A stretch of 64,000 nucleotides of DNA from Batkoa obscura (taxonomy: Eukaryota): the NCBI GenBank assembly GCA_030770535.1, contig JASVEC010000012.1, forward strand, positions 372,001 through 436,000, in the 5' to 3' direction. The notes beneath the pieces were generated by a model. The model was not told the origin of the DNA, ran no database searches, and worked only from the letters and a program-made list of their open reading frames with translations. Shown piece after piece: positions 53,811 to 64,000 of the stretch (position 1 is its first letter; every line of letters begins with the position of its first letter). The position numbers and the translations under genes are program-made.

Positions 53811-54115
53811 TTATATTATGTATATTATATAAGGATGGTTAATTATAGTTTGGGGCTAACCCCCCCATGCAGCCATTTTTTTGACTTAGTAATATATTAA
53901 TAATGTAATTTTAATATTGAAATAATTGGGCTATTGTTTGAATAAGCTATATTAATTTTTAAATAAAGAGCTTTAATTTTTTCAGTTTATTTATTTAAAA
54001 TGATCATCAGGGCAAGTCTACATATACAGTCAATAGCGGATATTTTTTAACAAAATTTTACAGGAATATGTATTTATTCATATACTACAACTTTCACTAT
54101 TAATATTATATATGC
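53811..54115 (+). repeat. Dispersed repeat, less decayed homolog of 5981-6230
   Basis: Collinear shared blocks. Confidence 0.7.
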
Positions 54116-54507
54116 TGAATTGCTTAATTTTCGTTGTAACAGACATTTTTATTTAATTTTAGTAATTCACTTATATTGTGTCCTTTGGTAAAAAATATTT
54201 TTTTAAAGAATTTTAGGCAAAACTTTATTTATTAAATAAACAGCAGCTGCTGTACAATTAAATTTCAATAGTTATAAAATTCCTTTTTTCGAAAAATTTG
54301 CCTGGGTTGTTTCACATTAACCGCCCTATTTTTTTCACATTTTGCCTAATAAATATAATGGTTAATATAAAACAGACTGAGTAGCATTTTTCATCTTACG
54401 CAATAACGTCCAACTTCATTTTTTTAAAATCAACCAAAACCAAAAATTCAAAAAAAACTTCAATTCGTTTCTCATTTTTAATTCCAACCCAACAACAAAT
54501 ACGAAAT

Positions 54508-57500
54508 ATGGCACCAACTACATTAGAAGATATGCAGTTAGAATTTTTATATGGTATTGAACCTGAGATGTTGAATTTTCCAGTAAGTGATACTGGGATC
54601 AATTTAAATTCATATAAAAAAAAAGAAAACAGTCTAACTAATCAAAACAATTTCCATTAGAACATTGAGTTTTTTTATCGAACAATGACAGATGTATTAA
54701 CTTCTGAAGAAAAAGAGACTTATGCAAATGAAAATGTTAACGTAAGTACTAATAAAAGAGTGAAATTAAATACAAAATTGAATATTGATTTTAATAATTG
54801 TAAATTTAGTTTCGAGTATGGAATTATTTAAGTAACATCGATTGGAAAACAGTAATTGCAGACGTTAAAAAACCCAGTTTTATTCATTGGAATTATTCTT
54901 CAGATGTAATTTCTTAATTAATTATTCTATTAAATCTTAATCCAGCTAAATCCCATCCTTTAGTTCCCAAATCATGTAAAACAAATTGGACCCTTAGCCA
55001 AAGTAGCGTAATAATTCATATTCCACTCATTAACTCTCAAATTTAATAACTCCTTCTTCCCTTTTAGTGCTTGTTTAAAATTATTATTTTTATACATCGA
55101 CATTCAAAATTCTAAAGGATTATCAAAGATAATTAAACCAAATATATTAGAAGCAGTCAATGCTATTGGTCAAAGTTTTGATACATTGACCGAATCTTTT
55201 AATTTTATGACTAGTACCTTTGCTTTTGTTATGTCTTTCCATCAACAATTTGGTTTTGATACTAAGGTAAGTAGAAAAAGGAAAAATGGAGGGATGAAGT
55301 TATGTTGATTGTTAAAACTAATAATTATGGTTTAGGATTTAATTACATTTAGTTTATCGTATTTAGTGCCTATTAGAGTTCCATTATTAATTCATTTTGT
55401 TACATATAATCCAAGGTTGATGGAAAAGGTAATTGGAAGTATTTAATTACAAATTTAAGTTAATTCATTTTATAGTTATTAAATGTTAGTTTAGAATATT
55501 TTAAAAGTAATTTAATGGAAGAAAAAAGAGAAGATTTAGAGTAATTTTTATAATATTTTACTTTATAAATAATCAAATACAATTTAATTATTATCTTTAT
55601 TTTATTCTAGTCATTTATTAAATCGATTGAAATTAAATTTTCCTAATAATTTTAATCAATATCAACATATTATTATGGACTGGGAATTTCCACCTAATCT
55701 ATTACTAAGTTCAATTGACGACGATAAAATTGAAATTTCTAAAAGGGTAATATTTTAGTTTATTTATTAGCTTACTATGAACTAATAATTATTTAATTAA
55801 TATTAATTTTATATATTTTATTAAATAGATAGAACATGTATGTTTATTATTCAAACCTTTACAAAATATACCAATGAAAGATCCTAATATTGAAGAACCA
55901 ATTTTAAGACAAACATTAGGTAATTTTAATAATTAATATAAAAATACCCATTTTTATTAATGTTTTTTTTTAAAAAAAAAATGTTAGAATTTTTAAGAAA
56001 ATTTGAAAAATTATTAAGAGATATATTAAGTAATCGAGATGTAAGTAATTATATAATAATCAATAGTAATAATTTATTTTAATTAAATATTAGGTATTTA
56101 ATAGTCAATCTCAATTAATACCTATATTATATTGTTTAATACAAGCTAAAAAGAATTTTAAATATCAATTACCAGATACATTAGATACTTATTTTGCTCT
56201 ATTAAACTTAGAAAATTTAAATCAAACTATATCTATGCGGTAAGTTAATCATTTCATTATCATACTATTTTAAATTATTAATATTAATATCAATATTAAT
56301 ATTAATTATTTTTTAGTTATTATGATTTAGTATTATGTTTTATATTTTTATTTTTTAATATAAATAAACATAATAAGGTAAATCTAATCTATAATAATTA
56401 CTAAGTATTATAATTATATCTGATTATTATTTTATATAGAGAATTGTTAAAACATTATTAGAATGGATCTGTGATTATCATTTTGAAGGCATAGTTAATT
56501 TAATAATTGCAGTAAGAGAACATAATAATTGTGATCCTAATTTAAAAGAAAATTATGAACTTGCAATTCGAGCTTATATTTCAAATGTAGTAGGATTTCC
56601 AGTTATTTTAGGTAAGCTAAGAATAAAACTGAAAAATTCATAATGAATAGAAATTAATAATTAAATATTTCAGATAAAGAAGCTTTAACTACGATGCATT
56701 TTATGTTTAATTATTCGGAAAAATTAAATAATTTTATATTATATTCAAGATTAACAGAATTCAATTCAAGGAACTATAAGTTTATTGTAAGTATTTTTAA
56801 TAATAAAAAATAAAAAATAAAAACATTTATTGTTATATATAGACAAAAGATTTAACTAGTGAAGAAATCTTATATAAGTTAGGAAATTATTTAGAATTTG
56901 GATTAAAAGCCATTTCTTTAAAAGAATTCATAAATTATGAAAAAGATATCAAAAGTTGGATAAGTGAATTAATTATTAATATTAATCATCATCCAACTCA
57001 TTTTAAATTACCAAATTTAATTAAAGCTTACGTTAGTTTGTAAGTAGAATTTATATAAATAATAATAATAATAATAATAATGTAATATTAATATAATAAT
57101 TTTATTATAATAATTTTTGTTTTTATAATTAGATTGTTTACTGCCATGGGAAAAAAAGTGAAAAAAATTGATGAGGAATTATTAACAGAGTATTTAAAAC
57201 CTAGAATTACAGATTGTTTAAGTAGTGTATCATCCAAAAATATATTATTTTTTTATTATCTTTTATTATTTAATGCTAAATTATTAAGATGCTGTGATAG
57301 TAATCCAGAATTAGTATCCAATTGTAAGTTGGTTCTATTCTATTCTATTATTATGTTATAATTATCATATATTATTATTATTATTATTATTTTACTAATA
57401 TTTTTTATTAGTAAAATATTCGGATGATTTTATGGATCAAATTGGTATTAAAAATATTGTTAATTATGCTAATGAAAGTTTAATTACAAAAGAATTGAAA

Positions 57501-57593
57501 GAATTTAAATTGGAAATTAATGAATTAGCAAAAGAAGCTTTCCCTCAATATTTTACTATGATAAAAGAAGAAACTTATCAATTACCATTGTAA

Positions 57594-57638
<45 letters not shown>

Positions 57639-59360
57639 TGTTATTAATATTAATATTTTAGAATTAATTCTCAAATATCCATACCTTACTTAACTCAAAT
57701 TAAACAATTAATACAACAACCATTGGATAACTTATCACTTAATACAGTAATTAAAATTTTATTACAAGAATGTAGAAAAGATGCAATTTTATTAAAACTT
57801 ACATTACATTATATAAGTAGTTTTAATTTAGATATTATTATTTCATTAACTCAAGAAATTGTTAATATGTTTCCAATATTTTTTTCTTATGAAAGGTAAA
57901 ATTTATTTATTATAAAAGTTATGAAAACAAAAGGATTGATATGATATATTTTATTTAGTATTGATGAAGAAAGTTTAATGTTATTTTATAATTTATGGAT
58001 ATTAATTAATGAATATATACCTGAAAGTTTATGGCCATTGACAGTTAGTTATGCTTCAAATAAAGATTTGGCTTGTGATTCTGTAAGGTAAAGTTTAAAT
58101 TATTAATATTTTTATTAGTTAAACAATATTAAAACAAAATAATAGAATGTTTACATTACCAGCTTTAATTGAAGCTACACCGGCATTATTTGTATTAAAT
58201 CCAAAAATGTTAAAAATTCCATTGTTATTTAAAATTACTTTAAAGGTAAATTAGAATAATATTAATATTATATGATTCAATATTTAATGTTTTACTAGGT
58301 TTATGAAGGGGTACGGATGGCTACTCATTTAAAATTAAGAAGAATACAAACAATTGCTAGAAATACAATCAAAATTGGAAATCAATTTGAAATTGTGGTA
58401 AGTTTATTTATTATTATTATTATTTTACAAGAGTAAAGTGAAGTCAATTGATTCTTATTTTTATTTTTAGCCTAAAATAGTACAAGCCAAATTAGAAGAT
58501 ACTATTAGATTGTCAAATAGTTCAATTATTCAATTTTTATTAGATATTTGTGATGAAAATTTTCATCAAGATAACCAAAGTAAGTAGCATTATATAAATA
58601 TATATATATTATTTAATATTAATTTTTTACTATAATAGAAAATATAAATATAATAAGAAAATTAGCATTAATTTACGTTCATCAATTATTTATTCAAGAT
58701 CCCAAATTAATACCATTAATTCATAAACAAATGTATAATTCGGATTTATTAGAACCGATATTTAAATATGTACCTTCAACAAGTAAGTATAATAATAATA
58801 ATAATAATCAATATATATTAATAAACTATTTAATATTAATTTAGTTGTAATGCAAGATTATCTCCCCTCGTTATTAAAAGATCCAGTAGTAGATAGACGA
58901 TGGTTTGCGTTAGAATTGACTTCTCAATTAATTACACGATTTCCATTAGAAGTCTATAAAGAAATGATTGAACAAGTAGTTCAACCAATATTAATTGAAT
59001 TTTTTATAGACAAATGTTTATTAAATCAAATTCATAATGAACATCAATTATATCTAGAAGCTAAACAACGATGTAATTCCAATATTCAATTACAAATTGA
59101 AAGGGAAATGGAAAGATTATTAAAAGTTAAAAAGTTAGTAAAGGAAGAAAAAGTAGATGAAATAGTATTATCGTTTATTAAGTTATTCACCAAATTAACT
59201 GATGGATTTTTGGAATTATATAGTGGTAAATTTTTTTTTTTTTCATTTTCAAATTTATTGAGTGTTTTTTTTAGCTAATAGAAATGTTTGGTCAACAGCG
59301 GATAAAATGATTAGTCTATTAAAAGAAAAGAGTGAACAAAATAAGCTAAATAAAGTTTAA
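54508..59360 (+). CDS. INTS2: Large multi-exon helical protein, probable Integrator complex subunit 2 homolog
   Basis: Spliced C-terminal part YVHQLFIQDPKLIPLIHKQMYNSDLLEPIFKYVPSTIVMQDYLPSLL.....RRWFALEL.SQL resembles the INTS2 C-terminal block as I recall it; many GT-AG introns; exon structure partly tentative. Confidence 0.72.
57595..57638. repeat. (TTA)n microsatellite in an intron
   Basis: Tandem TTA. Confidence 0.9.
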
Positions 59361-59473
59361 TAATTAAATAAAAATAAAATAAAAATAACTTAAATAAATT
59401 GAATAGAAATAGTAAACTATTAAAATATAAAGTATTATTTTTTTATTCATTTAATTTTCTATTCTAAAAATAT

Positions 59474-60564
59474 CTAATTAAATTTTTCCACCTGTTTCAT
59501 AACTTCATCTCTAAAATCAACAGTTTCTACTTTTTCAACTCCTTCACCTGCCATTAATCTAGAATAAGTTAAGATTTCTAATTTTACATTCAATTCCTTT
59601 TCAATACTTTTTAAAAATTCTAAAACAGTGCCATTACTAAATAAAAAGTTTTGATTTAATAATACATTTTCATTTAAATATTGTTGATATTCTTCAGCAG
59701 TCATTGAATCCTTCTTTAATATAACAGCTTCTTCATTTGAAGATAAATATAATGGATTCAAACCCACTACATGTCTAGCTAATTGTTTATTAATTTTGTC
59801 TAATTTAACTTGATCCTTCACATCTCCTTTAACTCGAATCACTATATATCCTCCAATTTTACCATTATTACCAATACCATTATGAGCATGAGTAGCAACC
59901 AACACTTTATCTTGATTTTCAATTTCAAATTGACTAACTAAACTTCTTCTTAGTATTAAATTTTCACCTAATTTAGCTATATTTTCAGATATCAATTCAT
60001 TGACATTACTTTCTCCATTATTAATTGAAAGTCGTTTAACTGCATCTTCAGTAAGTTTTAATTTTTTAATAGTATTAAAATTGGTTTCAAAAAGTTGATT
60101 TTGAACTATAGTTTCTGAAATCGAAGTAACTAGTTGATGAAACATAGGGGAGCGAGTAACGAAATCCGTTTCACAACATACCTAATTAAATTTATATTAA
60201 AACTTTGGTAAAAAATTAATATTATTTCAATTTCACTTACCTCTACCATTGCAGCAACAATTTTATTCTCTTTCTCTTGTACAGCAACCCCAATTAACCC
60301 TTCACTAGCTACTCTATCCGCTAATTTAGCTGCTTTTTTAGCCCCAGATGAAATCAAATCTTTTTCCAACCATTGTAATGCAGCTTTTAAATCATTATTG
60401 GTAGCTATTAACGATTCTTTGGCTTTAGTAATACTAACTTCGGTTTGTTGGCGAATTTTGGAGATCAATTTGATATCGGGTTTAACAGAATAGTTTGAAT
60501 GGATAAATTTAGTATAATTGATAATGGAAGCTGATTTCAATTGTCTTTGAAGTTGGAATAACAT
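59474..60564 (-). CDS. TSF1: Mitochondrial elongation factor Ts (one intron, ~60182-60240)
   Basis: LISKIRQQT..SI.KAKESL, GAKKAAKLADRVASEGLIG, EV-CCETDFV, KLGENL.LRR, LARHVVG.NP. Confidence 0.93.
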
Positions 60565-61046
60565 GATGATATTGATTCTCTATTGTAATGTTGTTTTAGA
60601 ACAAAGTTCAAAATTATTATTGTATTTTTTTAAAATAACTTAATTTTTTTGGGATAGTAAAATAAAATTAATCCCTTTCTTTATTGGTCTTATCTATAAT
60701 CTCCACTCTCCATTGGTTAACAAATTAAACGAAGTTCATTGGTTCAATTTGAAGTTGTCACTAGAGTACTTATTTACTATAAGTAGATTATCGATCTTGA
60801 AATTTTAAAAAGTACGTTTAATTTAAAAATACGTTATAAAAAAAAATATCAACAAGTCAATTTAATAATAATAGATAAGATTTGATAATTTAACTACCAC
60901 TAAATAATCGACAATAAAATAAAGCTGTTAATGAGCTAAGTAACCTGTTAACATTATGATAAGTTAATTGATGTAATTTATTAACTGTTGATATTATATA
61001 TATCTTGTTATTTTTTCTTTTTTTTACTTTACTTTATTTTATTTAA

Positions 61047-61982
61047 ATGAAAAGTTTGTATTTAATATTATTAATAAAAAATGTCCTCACACATTCTTGG
61101 CTTGATTGTACAGACCGAAGAACGGATGGCTCTTGTGGAGGATATATAAGAAATTTTCAAGGACATTATGATTTATTTTCCACATACAAAATACTTGATC
61201 GAAGTCCTGAAGTACCATTATGTGATCCTAAACATCAATCTGTCCCTTATTATAAACCGGAATACCCTATGGCTAAAGTAAAATCGGGTCAAACTTTATA
61301 TTTTGATTATTTTGAAAATGGGCATGTTAATTTAGATCGATTACCACCTGATTTTAAACCTCATCCTAATATTTATTCTGTTTATTTAAATCGTAAATCA
61401 TATGTAGGAGATTTAAATGATGGTTCTCAATATTTAAAAAGAAAAGATTTATTTAATATTGAACCTTTAATAAAAGCACCTTTTGATGATGGGGAATGTA
61501 GTGATATTACTTATTTTAATCGAATTGGACCTAAACCTTGTATTGGGAATTATACTATACCAATGAGTTTATCTGTAGGAGTTTATCAATTAATCTGGGT
61601 TTGGCATTTTGATCGGGATAATAATAGTAAAGGGGAAGAATATACATCTTGTTTTGATGTGGAAGTATTAAATGATCAAGAATATAATGAAAAAGAAAGT
61701 AGTATTCGATTTAAGCCATATACCCCCTTTCGTAATTTAGTTACTGAAGTGAAAGTAAATGTAGAAAAACATGAATGTAAACAAGGGACTTATGATAATA
61801 ATTTGTATGATTGCGTTAATCAAATATTATGTGAAAAGGGAAATAGACTTTGTAATGAAAATCAATGTTATGATACAAATGAATTTCAATGTTGTTTTGA
61901 AAAATATTTATTACCGAAAACTCAATCTTGTGAAATATTAGCTAATCCATTTGAAAGAATTAAAGGGTTTTTAAAGGGTTAA
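61047..61982 (+). CDS. Secreted His1 protein with LPMO-like domain and Cys-rich CBM52-like tail
   Basis: 15-aa signal then HSWLDC; ENGHV; YQLIWVW; EEYTSCFDV; C-terminal C...YD...Y.C....LC......C...CY....F.C. Confidence 0.8.
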   Translation: MKSLYLILLIKNVLTHSWLDCTDRRTDGSCGGYIRNFQGHYDLFSTYKILDRSPEVPLCDPKHQSVPYYKPEYPMAKVKSGQTLYFDYFENGHVNLDRLPPDFKPHPNIYSVYLNRKSYVGDLNDGSQYLKRKDLFNIEPLIKAPFDDGECSDITYFNRIGPKPCIGNYTIPMSLSVGVYQLIWVWHFDRDNNSKGEEYTSCFDVEVLNDQEYNEKESSIRFKPYTPFRNLVTEVKVNVEKHECKQGTYDNNLYDCVNQILCEKGNRLCNENQCYDTNEFQCCFEKYLLPKTQSCEILANPFERIKGFLKG

Positions 61983-62176
61983 AAGCTTACGAGTTTATAT
62001 CAATTATAAGTTAATGACTAGAGATTTTTTGTTATTTTGAAATGATAAATTGATATTAATATATATACATATTGTTATGTTATTATAAAACCATTTTATA
62101 TAGTGTATATTATAAATATGATTCAATAAAGTTAATAATTATCCTTCATACTTTTATTTAATTTTTATCAATACAA

Positions 62177-62293
62177 GGGATGTTCTTTTTGGCTTCATCA
62201 CTTTTCTCCATTTTTTAAATACTATACTATTTGAGTGGAAAAATTGTTAGTAAAATTGTTAAGTAAAATTGTTAAGTAAAAAAGTACATCCTC
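62177..62293 (+). mobile_element. MITE copy with small internal duplications
   Basis: GGGATGT...ACATCCTC; AGTAAAATTGTTA duplicated. Confidence 0.82.
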
Positions 62294-62439
62294 ACATGTT
62301 ATCAAGATATTTCATTAAATGATTTTCTATTTATTTTATTTTATTTTATTCATTATATAGAATTTACTATTTTTACTAAAATCATACGATATTAAATTTT
62401 AAGTTCGCTTTTATTAATGTTATAAAAAATAATACAGTT

Positions 62440-62697
62440 ATGATTATAAATATTGGCGTAAAATTCTGTTTACTATGACTAAAAAATCGTTTTAAATAAT
62501 AAATCTATTTTTTTGATTAATAATGTATCTATGTTTACAGTTAAAATTTTAGAATTTATGCAATAAATTCAATTCACTTTAATTTTTAAAATAAATTACT
62601 GTTATTTTAAATAAAATGCAAATGCAAAGTTTCATTATTCAATAAACCCATTTTTTAGTCATAGTAAACAGAATTTTATGCTAATATTTATGATCAT
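62440..62697. repeat. Inverted repeat with ~48-bp arms (62440-62487 and 62650-62697)
   Basis: TAAAATTCTGTTTACTATGACTAAAAAAT and its reverse complement. Confidence 0.85.
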
Positions 62698-63219
62698 GAT
62701 TGCATTTGTTATAGATAATATGAAATACTATTTTAAAGATTAAGTTTTTATTTGTAATATATTAATTAAAATAGATTCTACTCTATTCAAAATATATTAT
62801 TTTTAATAACATTCAACTATATTATGAAAATCAATAAAGCATCTGATTTCTAAAGTACTATCAATAAAGTTCATTATAATTCTAATTTTATCTTAGTATT
62901 TTCTATATCTAAAAATAAATCTACTTTAATTTTTTTTATATCAATTCAAGTTATCGAAACTTATGACTAAAAAAATTAAAACAGTTAACAAGAATTTGTA
63001 TAAATATTTCAAACCTAAGCTTAATATTATCCCATTTGAATTTTAAAGCATACCAATAAAAACTAGAAGAATACTTGAAATTGGTTGATAAACTGGTATT
63101 GAGAAAGCACAATAGTTTCAAATATTTAAAAACTTAGTTGAGTTTCAAAAAAAGTATATAAGGACAACAAATATAAAATAATGATTTTTTTTTTTAAAAA
63201 AAAAAATAAGAAAATATTA

Positions 63220-63641
63220 ATGTTGAAAGTTTTCAAAGTTGTTAAAGTGTCTCAATTATTTAAAAAAAGAACTCCTCTTTTTCTCAATCGATTTAATAAG
63301 TCGAAATCTATGGCCACCAGTGTTGAAACAAATATTACAAATTCCATACAACTTCGACTCAATACTATCTTAAAAAATAAATTAGTTCCCGAAGATCTTG
63401 TAAGTATTAATAATTATGATTATTCTTTGCTTGATATTTTAACTGATTTAAACTAACACTTTATTTTTCTTAGCTTAACCTTGACTCTCAATTAATTGAT
63501 TTTGGTTTAGATGGTTCAGATATGAAAGCAATGGTCCAAGATATTAATAATGAATTTCAAATTCAAGTTACTAATGAAGAAATCTATGAGTTAAATACCT
63601 TGGAGGATTTAGTTCAAAGAATTGTTGAAAAGGTTCATTAA
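63220..63641 (+). CDS. Mitochondrial acyl-carrier-protein-like protein (intron 63400-63473)
   Basis: Basic targeting-type N-terminus; exon 2 LNLDSQLIDFGLDGSDMKAMVQDINNEFQIQVTNEEIYELNTLEDLVQRI follows the ACP pattern. Confidence 0.75.
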
Positions 63642-64000
63642 ATGAAAAAGTGAAATTGAATTTTATATTAAGTGAGGTTTTATCTTATATTTTATGGGGC
63701 TTGATGTTTTCTGGGTTGCTTTTAGTATTATTTGAATAAAAATTTAAAAGAATTCGGATTGTTTTTTTTTATTCTGGTTAGACGTGACTGCTTTATCTCA
63801 TTTGATAGATTAAAATTTAGAATTATTATGAAGTGTTATTGTTTTAAATATAATTTAAGAATTAAAGTATTAGTTTAAAGATAGTAATAGGTTGTCAGAA
63901 ATATTTTTGTACATATTAATTTACTTATTGAATAATTCTACCATATAATGTTATTAAATTTATTAAATTTGTCTGATATTAATTTTATGTATCACTCATT

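Overview
Very AT-rich eukaryotic DNA with many short (~40-90 nt) GT-AG introns. Gene content is fungal, and an early-diverging lineage is inferred. Gene-dense blocks hold a divergent RBBP4/Hat2-like WD40 gene, Ada1, an STK16/Env7-type kinase, SelO/Fmp40, Bfr1, condensin Cnd1/Ycs4, a cytochrome-b5-fused front-end desaturase, Cdc24, carnosine N-methyltransferase, catalase, a probable Integrator subunit 2, mitochondrial EF-Ts and an ACP-like gene. These alternate with transposon islands: one intact Ty3/Gypsy element (44207-51854, apparently identical 466-bp LTRs), six solo LTRs of the same family, and about 18 copies of a ~100-bp MITE with ATAT-type flanks. The strongest leads are (1) a secreted His1 protein with LPMO-type motifs and a CBM52-like tail, (2) an INTS2-like gene in a fungus, (3) a degenerate dUTPase domain and an AT-hook/NLS in the Gypsy Pol, which appears to be reached by an AAAAAAC -1 frameshift, (4) an ACP paralog lacking the canonical phosphopantetheine serine, (5) a TE-flanked orphan secreted Cys-rich protein, and (6) reciprocal MITE/LTR nesting with G/C-to-A/T decay of old repeats. 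All homology calls come from motif recognition by eye, not from database searches.
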